This document shows positions 1-8,415 of a stretch of DNA of 64,000 nucleotides, piece by piece (the first letter of the stretch is position 1; each line of letters starts with the position of its first letter). The translations under genes and the position numbers were made by a program. The notes below the pieces were generated by a model. The model was not told the DNA's origin. It ran no database searches and saw only the letters and a program-made list of their open reading frames with translations. The DNA comes from Clostridia bacterium. GTDB lineage: Bacteria > Bacillota > Clostridia > Christensenellales > Borkfalkiaceae. Location: assembly GCA_017886575.1 (NCBI GenBank), contig JAGHJP010000050.1:28661-92660 (forward strand), in the 5' to 3' direction.

Positions 1-459
1 GTATCCATCGGGGAATACACCTATGAAGTTTCCTTCGACAATTCGAACGGCACGCCCACACTGATCTTGACGGGGCAGTTCGACATGAGCCAGCACCCCG
101 ATTGGGTGGGCAAGACCTTGCGCATCGACTGGTGGCAGATGAGCGGCTCCTGGGGCGAACAGCTGATCACCCTCACCGCCGACGGCACGTGGACGGCTCG
201 TTTTGCCCTGACGAGTTCCGTCGACCTTTCCAAAACCTACTTCCACTTCACCGTCAGAAACGAAGACGGAAGCGATTATCAGGCACAGAAGGATCTGCAG
301 CTCGCCAACTGCACCAACTACAAACCGACGGTCACGCTCGATCCCACCCGGTACGACACCATGACCAACGCAATGGTGTTTGAGACGGATACACACTACT
401 ACTACGTCGGCAGCGGCGACAACGTGACCGGACTGATGTTCGTTTCCGCCGCCAAATAA
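1..459 (+). CDS. 3' part of a hypothetical protein gene (5' end outside window), possibly secreted or surface protein
   Basis: Frame 1 is open from base 1 (VSIGEYTYEVSFDNSNGTPTLILTGQFDMSQHPDWVGK...) to TAA at 457-459. A hairpin terminator follows. No family recognised by eye. Confidence 0.5.
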   Translation, partial: VSIGEYTYEVSFDNSNGTPTLILTGQFDMSQHPDWVGKTLRIDWWQMSGSWGEQLITLTADGTWTARFALTSSVDLSKTYFHFTVRNEDGSDYQAQKDLQLANCTNYKPTVTLDPTRYDTMTNAMVFETDTHYYYVGSGDNVTGLMFVSAAK

Positions 460-491
460 GCAGGAACAAAAAACGCCGAAGCGGCAAGAGA

Positions 492-525
492 GCCGCCCGC
501 CTGTGTCCAGGCGGGCGGCTTTTAC
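492..525 (+). terminator. Rho-independent terminator
   Basis: GCCGCCCGCC (492-501) pairs with GGCGGGCGGC (510-519), 8-nt loop, then TTTTAC. Confidence 0.65.
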
Positions 526-599
526 CGTTTGTCCGCAAACGGCGCTCTTTTTCGGCATCTGTTTTTCCCCTTCCCCTTTCGCACGTTCTTTGCCCTTCG

Positions 600-1376
600 T
601 CAAGGGAAAAACTTGATGCGCGGGAAGAGGAAGTGCATGCGCGCGTCGGGGAAAAATTTATCGAGAAAAACGCCGACGGCAGTGCGGGGCGACAGACCCG
701 CGCGACGAGCGAGCCAGCGGAGCATGGCGGCAACCGTAACGGCGGCGTCGACGGCGATGACGGCGGCAAGCACGGCGGCCGTGATCTTGCCCGTGCGCTG
801 CGGCAGGGCGGCGATGAGCCGTTCCATGGCGGGACAGAGCAGCCACGCCCACGCCACGCCCAGAAGCCCCCAGGCGACGCTCATGCCGAGGCAGATGCGC
901 CCCTCGAAATTCCAGGGCAGATGGAGGTAGTCCCAGGAATAGGAGTGAAAGGCGAACTCCTGGATGTATGAACTCACCAATTCGACCAGCGTACCCGCCG
1001 CCGCGCTGATGAAAAAAACAAGCAGAAAATTGCGTTTCGGCACCTTTCTCAGGCAGAGAAAGAGCGCGACCGCCCCCGCGCCGTAGATGGGATTGAAGGG
1101 AGTGAACGCCATGGCGGAGTGCCACTCGATGCGGTGATAGACGTGGTAACACCATATGGTTTCGACGATGAAACCCGCAAAGCCGCCGATGACGTACAAC
1201 CAGACGAGCTTATAAAAATTGACGCCCTCCGAAAAATGCCGCTCTTCCCCGCGACCGTCCCGCAGCCGCCGGCAGGTGGCGGTATACACGGCCTTGTTCC
1301 GCTTTGCCCCGCGCCTGCCGGCGCGCGCCGAACGGGATACAGACTCTGCCCATGCCCGTATTTTATTGGTTTTCAA
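600..1376 (-). CDS. polytopic membrane protein resembling the 'putative ABC-transporter type IV' (PF06541-like) family
   Basis: 258-aa ORF with a basic N-terminus followed by 5-6 hydrophobic helices. LYVIGGFAGFIVETIWCY recalls the family signature. Assignment is from memory only. Confidence 0.55.
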   Translation of the reverse strand: MKTNKIRAWAESVSRSARAGRRGAKRNKAVYTATCRRLRDGRGEERHFSEGVNFYKLVWLYVIGGFAGFIVETIWCYHVYHRIEWHSAMAFTPFNPIYGAGAVALFLCLRKVPKRNFLLVFFISAAAGTLVELVSSYIQEFAFHSYSWDYLHLPWNFEGRICLGMSVAWGLLGVAWAWLLCPAMERLIAALPQRTGKITAAVLAAVIAVDAAVTVAAMLRWLARRAGLSPRTAVGVFLDKFFPDARMHFLFPRIKFFP

Positions 1377-1455
1377 CGTTTCTTCCTTTCCCCCCTCTTT
1401 GCAGTATCGTGATTTTTCTTTTTTCTATTCCCCGCGCCGTACACGCTTTCAGCGC

Positions 1456-2103
1456 CTACGACAGACAATCGCGCAGTTTTGCAATGGCGTCCACGCGGTT
1501 CGCCGCCCCGATCTTTTCGTAGAGTGAAGAGATATAGTTGCGGGCGGTGCCGTCCGACAGTTTGAGAGCCGAGGCGATCTGGCGGTTGGTAAAACCTTCG
1601 AAGAGCATGACGGCGATCTGCGTTTCGCGGTCGGAAAGGGAAAACGCGCGCTTGAAGCGCAGTTCGCGGTTGCCCGCCACGAGCATTGCCGCGTCCGCAA
1701 TGCGCTTGGCGATCTTGGAGGGCAGAATGGTGTCCCCCGCATGGGCGTTGCGGACAGCGCCGATGAGTTCGGCGGAGCCGATGTCCTTCAAAAGATACCC
1801 GCTGGCGCCGTTGTTGATGGCGTTGAGAATGTATTCGCTGTCGTCGAACGTGGTGAGCACGACCACTTTGGTCCCGGGATGGCGCGCGCGCACCTCCTTG
1901 GTGGCGACCACGCCGTTCATGCCGGGCATGCGTATGTCCATGAGCACGACGTCCGCGGGCGTCGCTTCGAGTTTTGCAAGGAGATCCTCCCCGTCCTTCG
2001 CCAGCGCGACGACCTCGATGTCCTCCGCGCCGTTTTCCAGAACGCTCTTGATTCCCTCCGCCAGAATGGGTTGATCGTCCGCTATCATCACTCTGATCTT
2101 CAT
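1456..2103 (-). CDS. two-component response regulator, NarL/LuxR (GerE HTH) family
   Basis: REC domain (MIADDQ...VLMDIRMPGMNG...VVVLTTF) plus C-terminal LuxR HTH (SDRETQIAVMLFEGFTNRQIASALKLSDGTARNYISSLYEKIG). Its ATG overlaps the kinase stop (ATGA). Confidence 0.92.
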   Translation of the reverse strand: MKIRVMIADDQPILAEGIKSVLENGAEDIEVVALAKDGEDLLAKLEATPADVVLMDIRMPGMNGVVATKEVRARHPGTKVVVLTTFDDSEYILNAINNGASGYLLKDIGSAELIGAVRNAHAGDTILPSKIAKRIADAAMLVAGNRELRFKRAFSLSDRETQIAVMLFEGFTNRQIASALKLSDGTARNYISSLYEKIGAANRVDAIAKLRDCLS

Positions 2104-3410
2104 GCTTTTTCCCCTCCTCTTTCCGTTTTTCGTCCTCTTTCTTTTTCCTTTTCCGTATTCTCCGTATTTTTCGTATCTTCCGTGTTTGCCGCATTCGCCG
2201 CCCCTTCCGCGGGCAATTCGACGCGGATCTCGAATCCTTCGCCCGGCAGGGAAGAGAGCACTATCCCGCCGCCCATCGCCTCGGCGCCGCGGCGCATGCC
2301 GTTCAGCCCGAAGCCGCTTTGCAGGGTACCCATGTCCGCACCGACGCCGTTATCGGACAGGAGAAAATAAATTTTGCCGTCCTCTTCACGCAGTTCGACG
2401 TAAAAGGCAGTGGCATGCCCGTGACGAAGCCCGTTTGCGATGCCCTCTTTGAGGGTGTTGGTCAGAAACCGTTTTTTCTCCGACGAGCACACCACGTCGC
2501 GGATGTCCGAACGGATGACGACGTCCGTGCCGTCCGTCGATTCACCGATGATGCGGTCAAAGGAAGTTTGCAGGCTCTCCTCCGCCGTTTCGCCCGCGAG
2601 GAGATGCACGCTTTGGCGCAGTTCTTCGAGGGCGTTCTTCGCCTGCAGGTTGGCGGCGATGATGCGCCGCTTTGCCTCGGCGGGATCGCTTTCGACGATG
2701 AGTTTCGCCGCCTCCGTCTGCATGATGACCGTCGTGATGGAGTGCCCCGCCGTGTCGTGGATGTCCCGCGCGATGCGCTGCCGCTCCTGCAGGACGGTCA
2801 CTTCCGCCAGCTCGTCGTATGCCTCTTTCAGTTTTTGATTGCTTTCGTTGAGTTCGTGCACGGTCTTTTTGAGCCGCTGGCGGGAATCATAGACGTTGAG
2901 CGTGAAATTGACGACGAGGAAGTGCACGATGATGATGACGATCTCCGACAGGCAGGCGGAGAGCGTTTCGAACACGTCGGCATGGGAAAAGAACCATGCG
3001 GCGATACTGCGCGTGAGCGCGAAGAAGAACAGGCTTGCGCCGCCCATGGCGATGCAGTCGGCGAGGCGGTCGGTGGACATATAGAACTCGGAGAGCACGA
3101 GGATGTAGACCGCCGAAAGGTACGTACTGTCGACGATGAGCGTCAGGGCAAGCTGCGAAAGAAAATCGATGACGTAACAGGCGATCTTGTGGCGGAACGT
3201 TTCGAGGACGAAGGTCTTTAAGAAGTTGCTGAACGTAAAGACGAGTTCGATGGCGAGCACGAGCACCCAGCTGGGCACGGCGCCGAAGACGAGGTCCCAG
3301 CGCAGGTTCTGAAAGAGGATAAAGACCTCCAGCAGGACCAGGAGACAGAAGATGCCCACGCGGACGCGCCGGAAAAATGTATTGTCCCGCGTCGATTCAG
3401 TCCTCTCCAT
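2100..3410 (-). CDS. sensor histidine kinase, HisKA_3 type, multi-pass membrane N-terminus
   Basis: Track ORF 2100..3842 trimmed to the ATG at 3408-3410 (MERTESTRDN...), which has a GGAGGGAG RBS. Several TM helices, H-box RIARDIHDTAGHSITT, ATPase motifs DNGVG and GFGLNGM. E/K-rich C-terminal tail. Confidence 0.85.
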   Translation of the reverse strand: MERTESTRDNTFFRRVRVGIFCLLVLLEVFILFQNLRWDLVFGAVPSWVLVLAIELVFTFSNFLKTFVLETFRHKIACYVIDFLSQLALTLIVDSTYLSAVYILVLSEFYMSTDRLADCIAMGGASLFFFALTRSIAAWFFSHADVFETLSACLSEIVIIIVHFLVVNFTLNVYDSRQRLKKTVHELNESNQKLKEAYDELAEVTVLQERQRIARDIHDTAGHSITTVIMQTEAAKLIVESDPAEAKRRIIAANLQAKNALEELRQSVHLLAGETAEESLQTSFDRIIGESTDGTDVVIRSDIRDVVCSSEKKRFLTNTLKEGIANGLRHGHATAFYVELREEDGKIYFLLSDNGVGADMGTLQSGFGLNGMRRGAEAMGGGIVLSSLPGEGFEIRVELPAEGAANAANTEDTKNTENTEKEKERGRKTERGGEKA

Positions 3411-4122
3411 GCTTCTCCCTCCCCAGCACCTTGCTGATATGGTAGTTGCCGGCGATGGCAGCCATTCTGCCGCTCGAATAATAACTGTACATGCCCTCTT
3501 CCGAGCAGATATAATGGTCGAGCAAGCGGATGTTGTTGATGGAGCAGAGCACTTCGCACTGAATGGTGAGCGCGTCGTCGCTGGCGGACGGGCGGCTGCC
3601 GCCGGCGACGTGGTTGTGCGCGAGGACGAAGGCGCGGCCAGCGTACTGCACGGCAAGTTTGCTGAGCTCCTGCGGCGGCACGTTGACCGATTCCCGCTCC
3701 CTGTCGGTGAACTTTTTGCGGCAGAGGATGTTCCCCTTCTCGTCGAGGACAAAGACGCAGAAAACTTCGTACGGCAGGCCCGCATAGTAATCCCGCAGGT
3801 ACTGCCCGAAGGTCGCGGGGTCGTATTTGCGGGGCGGAGCACTCTCCCTTTCGGCGGCGTATTTTTCGAGGAAGAAAGAGATACACTTGATATAGCCCGC
3901 CAACTGCGGTCCCACCCCTTCGATCTGCTGCAGCGCCGCGGCGTCCGCCTCGAACACGCCGCGGACAGAGCCGAACGCTTCCAGGAGTTCGTGCGCCAGC
4001 GGATTGGTGTTCTTGCGCGGCACGGCGTTATAGAGCAAAATTTCCAGAAGCTCGTGCTCTTCCAGCGCGTCCGGGTGATTTTTCAGTTTTTCATACATGC
4101 GCAGGCGATGTCCTTCGTGCAT
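3397..4122 (-). CDS. radC: RadC-like JAB/MPN domain protein (UPF0758)
   Basis: Track ORF trimmed to the ATG at 4120-4122 (MHEGHRLRMYEKL...), which has a GGAGGGAAAGG RBS. JAB motif AHNHVAGGSRPSASD. The 3' end overlaps the kinase start by 14 nt. Confidence 0.85.
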   Translation of the reverse strand: MHEGHRLRMYEKLKNHPDALEEHELLEILLYNAVPRKNTNPLAHELLEAFGSVRGVFEADAAALQQIEGVGPQLAGYIKCISFFLEKYAAERESAPPRKYDPATFGQYLRDYYAGLPYEVFCVFVLDEKGNILCRKKFTDRERESVNVPPQELSKLAVQYAGRAFVLAHNHVAGGSRPSASDDALTIQCEVLCSINNIRLLDHYICSEEGMYSYYSSGRMAAIAGNYHISKVLGREKHGED

Positions 4123-4262
4123 GCCTTTCCCTCCGTTCTCCGCGGCCGCCCCCGCAGGGACGGAACGGCGCGTTTTTTCCGCACCGGTGCCCCAACGTTC
4201 CCCGAAAAGTGCCGCGGCAAAAAATCGATCTGCTTTTTTATGCAAATCACAGGCAATTTTAT

Positions 4263-4291
4263 TTTACCATATTTTCCGAAAAGTGTATAAT
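4263..4291 (+). promoter_or_regulatory. putative sigma-A promoter of the dipeptidase gene
   Basis: TTTACC (4263-4268), 17-nt spacer, TATAAT (4286-4291), preceded by TG. Confidence 0.45.
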
Positions 4292-4326
4292 AAAAACGAT
4301 AAACTTTTCGTTAAAAAAGGAGCCAT

Positions 4327-5607
4327 ATGCAAAAATATTTGCGAGAAATAACCGAAAATATCCAAAAAATCGTCCGCTTCGACTCTTCCCTCGCCGCCCC
4401 CGCGCCGGGCGCGCCCTTTGGAAGACAGACGCGGGACTGCCTTTCCTTCTTTCTCGGCCTGGCGCGCGGCATGGGGTTCGAAGTACACGACTACGACGGC
4501 TACGCGGGAGAAGTTGTCTTCGGCGAAGGCGAAGAATTTGCCGTGGCGGTGCACCTGGACGTGGTGCCCGCGGGCGACGGCTGGACGCATCCGCCCTTCG
4601 GCGGGGTCATCGAGGACGGGAAACTGTACGGGCGGGGCGCCATGGACGACAAGGGTCCCGCCGTCATCTGCCTGTACTGCCTGAAAGCCCTCAAAGACGA
4701 GGGGTTTATGCCCAAACGCAGGTTCAAACTCATTGCCGGCTGCAACGAGGAGAGCGGCTGGGCGTGCATGGAGCACTATAAAAAGGTCGCGCGCATGCCC
4801 GCGGAGGGCTTTACCCCCGACGCCGACTTCCCCGTCATCTATGCCGAAAAGGGCATCCTGCACCTGCGGCTGGACTTCCCCGTGGAAAACGCCCCCTTTG
4901 CCGCCTTCGAGGGCGGGACGGCCGCCAACATGGTGTGCGACCGCGCCTTTGCCGCGCCCTTTACCGATGCGGGAAAGGGGGTATCTTCCCCCGCGGCGGG
5001 GGTCACCCTGACGGCGGAAAAGGGCGCGCTCGTCGCCCGCGGCAGGGCGGCGCACGGCTCCGAACCCGAAAAGGGCGCGAACGCCCTGCAGGGGCTTCTC
5101 GGCCACTACGCCGCCGAAAATGCCGCCTGCCGCCGCGCCTACGACATTCTCTTCGGCGACAAACTCGGCCTCTGTGCCCTTCGCGACGAGACGGGAAACC
5201 TGACCATGTCGCCCGATATGGCGCGTTTTGAAAAGGGCGTGCTCTCTTTCACCGTCGACTTCCGCGTGCCCGCCACCATGCCGCTCGATGCGGTGACCCG
5301 CGCCCTGGACGCGGCAGGCGTGCCCTATGCCGTGCTGCACGCGCAGCAGCCCCTCTGCAACGACCCGAACGGCAAGGTCGTGCAGACCCTCTTAAAGGTG
5401 TACAACGAAGTGACGGGCAGGCAGAGCCGCCCCATCGCCATCGGCGGCGGCACCTATGCGCGCGCCATGCAGAACGGCTGCGGCTTCGGCCCGCTCGGCG
5501 AAGGAGAAGTTTCCTCCATACACCAAGCGGACGAATATATCTCTTTGCAAAAGATCGGAGAACTCGCCGAAATCTATTACCGCGCCCTGAAAGCCATCGG
5601 CTCCTGA
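4327..5607 (+). CDS. M20 family dipeptidase (PepV/Sapep-like)
   Basis: 426-aa ORF with an AAGGAG RBS at 4317-4322. Motifs [24 protein letters not shown] and IHQADEY are typical of M20A dipeptidases. Confidence 0.85.
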   Translation: MQKYLREITENIQKIVRFDSSLAAPAPGAPFGRQTRDCLSFFLGLARGMGFEVHDYDGYAGEVVFGEGEEFAVAVHLDVVPAGDGWTHPPFGGVIEDGKLYGRGAMDDKGPAVICLYCLKALKDEGFMPKRRFKLIAGCNEESGWACMEHYKKVARMPAEGFTPDADFPVIYAEKGILHLRLDFPVENAPFAAFEGGTAANMVCDRAFAAPFTDAGKGVSSPAAGVTLTAEKGALVARGRAAHGSEPEKGANALQGLLGHYAAENAACRRAYDILFGDKLGLCALRDETGNLTMSPDMARFEKGVLSFTVDFRVPATMPLDAVTRALDAAGVPYAVLHAQQPLCNDPNGKVVQTLLKVYNEVTGRQSRPIAIGGGTYARAMQNGCGFGPLGEGEVSSIHQADEYISLQKIGELAEIYYRALKAIGS

Positions 5608-5693
5608 CCCCGCCCTTTCCCCTTTTTTCCCCTTTCTCCTTTCCCTCTCCCTCTTTTCCCGCCCGCCGCCCGAAAATTTTTCCCTTTTCCATA

Positions 5694-5731
5694 TTGTAAT
5701 GTTTGACATTACAACAATGGAGCGCTATAAT
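5694..5731 (+). promoter_or_regulatory. promoter of the Rrf2 gene with an overlapping palindromic operator
   Basis: Perfect inverted repeat TTGTAAT-N7-ATTACAA at 5694-5714. TTGACA (5703-5708) lies inside it. A 17-nt spacer leads to TATAAT (5726-5731). Confidence 0.7.
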
Positions 5732-5769
5732 GGAAGTACGGTCCGAAAAACATACGGAGAATACGAAAA

Positions 5770-6198
5770 ATGAAAATAACCTCTCGCTTTACGGTGGCAG
5801 TGCACACGCTGCTGGTCATCCATACCTTCGGAAAGACTGAAAAGGTCACTTCCGACTTCATCGCGGCGAGCGTGAACGTCAATCCCGTCGTCATCCGCCG
5901 CACGCTCTCCTCGCTGAAAGCGGCGGGCATGATCGACGTGAAAGCGGGCAGCGGCGGCGCGCGCATCGTGAAAGATCTGGAAAGCATCACCCTCTACGAC
6001 GTGTATAAGGCGGTGGACAGCGTGGACGGCGGACTGTTCCACTTCCACGAAAACCCCAGCCCCGCCTGCCCCGTCGGGCGCAACATCCACGCCGTGCTGG
6101 ACGGGCACCTCGCCGACGCGCAGGCGGCGATGGAAAACGAACTGAAAAAAATCAGCCTCGCCTCCCTCACGCGGGAATTGCAGGCAAACCTGCCGTGA
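5770..6198 (+). CDS. Rrf2 (BadM/Rrf2) family transcriptional regulator
   Basis: 142 aa. N-terminal winged helix MKITSRFTVAVHTLLVI...SDFIAASVNVNPVVIRRTLSSLKAAGMI is typical of Rrf2. Has a single Cys-containing PSPACPVGRN segment. Confidence 0.9.
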   Translation: MKITSRFTVAVHTLLVIHTFGKTEKVTSDFIAASVNVNPVVIRRTLSSLKAAGMIDVKAGSGGARIVKDLESITLYDVYKAVDSVDGGLFHFHENPSPACPVGRNIHAVLDGHLADAQAAMENELKKISLASLTRELQANLP

Positions 6199-6332
6199 AT
6201 AGCCGCGCCGAAAGCTCCGCCCGCAGGAGTATGTTACAAGATAATACAATATAATAAGGTAATCTGTCCGCCCCTTCCGAGGCGGCTTTTTCTTTCCCGA
6301 AAAATTTTCCGAAAAAATTTCAAAAAAGTTTG

Positions 6333-6395
6333 TTGTAATGTTTGATATTACAACTATGGCGTGCTATACTAATGTTGTAATCGAAAAGATTACAA
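6333..6395 (+). promoter_or_regulatory. promoter of the NAD(P)H-binding protein gene flanked by two copies of the same operator
   Basis: TTGTAAT-N7-ATTACAA at 6333-6353 and again at 6375-6395. TTGATA (6342-6347), 17-nt spacer, TGcTATACT (-10 at 6365-6370). Confidence 0.7.
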
Positions 6396-6425
6396 CAAAA
6401 AACCAATTTTTTCGGAGGTATTTTT

Positions 6426-7064
6426 ATGAAAAAGGTAGCCATTGTCTGTGCGGCGGGAAAAGAGGGAAAATTGCTCGTGGCAGAGGCGCTTTCGCGCGGG
6501 TATGACGTGACGGGGTTCGTGCGCAAGGCGGGCGATGCCGTCGACCCGCGGGCAAAGAAGATCGTGAAAGACCTGTTTGACCTGACGAGGGAAGACCTTA
6601 TCGGCTTTGACGCCGTCGTGGACGCGTTCGGCGCGTGGACGGAAGAGACCCTTTCCCTGCACAAGACGTCCTTAAAGCATCTTTGCGACGTTTTGAGCGG
6701 CACGAAGGTGCGCCTGCTCATCGTGGGCGGCGCGGGCAGCCTGTATGTGGATCCCGGACACACCGTGCAGGTCAAAGACCTCGAAAGCTTTCCCGACGCG
6801 TTCAAGCCGCTGGCAAACAACATGGGCGAGGCGCTCGGCGAACTTCGCAAGCGCTCCGCCGTGCAGTGGACCTATCTCTCCCCCGCGGCGGACTTCGCGG
6901 CGGACGGCGAACGCACGGGCGAATATCTCGTCGGCGGCGAGGAATACTTCGTCAACGACAAGGGCGAAAGCCGCATCAGCTATGCCGACTATGCCGTTGC
7001 CATGATCGACGAGATCGGGAACGCCGCTCACATCCAAAAGCGTTTCTCGGTCATCGGGAAGTAA
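6426..7064 (+). CDS. NAD(P)H-binding oxidoreductase (NmrA/YwnB-like atypical SDR)
   Basis: 212 aa with a GGAGG RBS. Rossmann N-terminus MKKVAIVCAAGKEGKLLV. Length and C-terminal pattern match the NAD_binding_10 family. Confidence 0.8.
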   Translation: MKKVAIVCAAGKEGKLLVAEALSRGYDVTGFVRKAGDAVDPRAKKIVKDLFDLTREDLIGFDAVVDAFGAWTEETLSLHKTSLKHLCDVLSGTKVRLLIVGGAGSLYVDPGHTVQVKDLESFPDAFKPLANNMGEALGELRKRSAVQWTYLSPAADFAADGERTGEYLVGGEEYFVNDKGESRISYADYAVAMIDEIGNAAHIQKRFSVIGK

Positions 7065-7222
7065 GGCGGAGCGCGGACGGATCGGCCCGGCGGAAGAAAA
7101 ACGAAACGGGAAATTCTGAAATTTCCGCGGCATAAAAACAGCCGTAAAGCAAGAGAGCGCAAGCGGAGAGCCGTTTGCGCTTGCGGCGTTCAGGAAAAAA
7201 TATCCATCCGGAGGAGAAAGAC

Positions 7223-7645
7223 ATGGAACGCGTGATACGATTTTTGAAGGAAAACCCCCTGCCATACTGCGCCACGGTCGGTTTGGACGGCAAGCCGAAG
7301 GTGCGCCCCTTTCAGATGATGTACTGCGAGGGCGGCAGACTGTATTTCTGCACGGGCGCGCAAAAGGACGTATATGCGGAACTGATGAAAAACCCGTACG
7401 CCGAAATATGCGTTTCGACCACGGAACGCTGGGTGCGCGTCCGCGGCAGGGCGGTCTGGACGGAAGAGCGGGCGGCAAAGGAGAAAGTTCTGGCGGTCAG
7501 CCCGCTGGTGAGATCGATCTATCGGGACGCCGACAACCCCGACCTGAAAGTGTTTTACCTCGCGGACGCCGAAGCGACGCTCGCCGACTTCAATGGACGC
7601 GAGAGCATCCGCCTCGGCGAAGAAGGCAAAGAAGGCGCGCTATGA
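7223..7645 (+). CDS. pyridoxamine 5'-phosphate oxidase-like (PNPOx family) flavoprotein
   Basis: Track ORF trimmed to the ATG at 7223, which has a GGAGGAGAAAG RBS. MERVIRFLKENPLPYCATVGLDGKPKVRPF...LYFCTGAQKDVYAELMKNP matches the common PNPOx-like family pattern. Confidence 0.75.
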   Translation: MERVIRFLKENPLPYCATVGLDGKPKVRPFQMMYCEGGRLYFCTGAQKDVYAELMKNPYAEICVSTTERWVRVRGRAVWTEERAAKEKVLAVSPLVRSIYRDADNPDLKVFYLADAEATLADFNGRESIRLGEEGKEGAL

Positions 7646-8415
7646 ACGGACAGAGCAAAATTCTGGACGAACTGATCGGCATGCTGTGCGCCGAGCGGGG
7701 GGAAGCCGTACCGCCACTGACGGAAAGCCAAAAGCCCGATTTTTTCCGCGCGTTGTGCAATGTGCGGCCGCCCATGCCCGCGCCGAAGGGGTTTTTGCGT
7801 TTGCAGGACGAATACCTTTCCGCCCGCACGGCGGAGCGCGGGATCGTCGACGTGAACGCGCTTCCATGCAACGGGGACGGCATTGCCCTGTGGCGGGGGG
7901 ACATCACGCGGCTGAACGCCGACGGCATCGTCGACGCCTGCAACGAACGGCTGCTGGGCTGCTTTCACCCCCTGCACGGGTGCATCGACAACGTCATACA
8001 CTCCGCCGCGGGCATACAGGTGCGGCTGGACTGCGCGCAAATGATGCGGGGCATGTCCGAGCCGAACGGCAAAGTGCGCGTGACGGGAGCCTACAATTTG
8101 CCGAGCCGCTACATCTTTCACACCGTGGGTCCCGTCGTGTACGGCGGCGTGACGGCGGAAAACGAGCGGGATTTGAAAAACTGTTACCTTGCCTGCCTGG
8201 ACAAGGCGCGGGAGATGGAACTGAAAACGCTCGCCTTCTGCTGCATCTCCACGGGCGAATACCGTTACCCCAAACGGGAGGCGTGCCGCCTTGCCGTGCA
8301 GACGGTGCGAGATTGGAAACGCAGGGCGGACGGCGGCCCGAAAGTCATTTTCGACGTATATGCGGAGGAGGACGAAGAGATCTATGCGAGAGAACTACGA
8401 AAAACGGATCGATAG
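7642..8415 (+). CDS. macrodomain protein (ADP-ribose hydrolase), Zn-binding sirtuin-linked type
   Basis: Start ATG 7642 overlaps the upstream stop (ATGA). Macro core is ALWRGDITRLNADGIVDACNERLLGCFHPLHGCIDNVIHSAAG...FHTVGP...AFCCISTGEYRYP. The C/H cluster CNERLLGCFHPLHGC is noted. Confidence 0.85.
   Translation: MNGQSKILDELIGMLCAERGEAVPPLTESQKPDFFRALCNVRPPMPAPKGFLRLQDEYLSARTAERGIVDVNALPCNGDGIALWRGDITRLNADGIVDACNERLLGCFHPLHGCIDNVIHSAAGIQVRLDCAQMMRGMSEPNGKVRVTGAYNLPSRYIFHTVGPVVYGGVTAENERDLKNCYLACLDKAREMELKTLAFCCISTGEYRYPKREACRLAVQTVRDWKRRADGGPKVIFDVYAEEDEEIYARELRKTDR

Noticed and set aside
2100-3842. N-terminal extensions of track ORFs (2100..3842, 3397..4245, 31306..32664, 32248..33642, 7408..8415, 8291..9229, 38041..39351, 52315..55947)
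   Set aside because: The extended parts overlap neighbouring genes or read antisense to them, and they lack RBSs. Internal ATGs with GGAGG-type RBSs give proteins that begin where the family normally begins.
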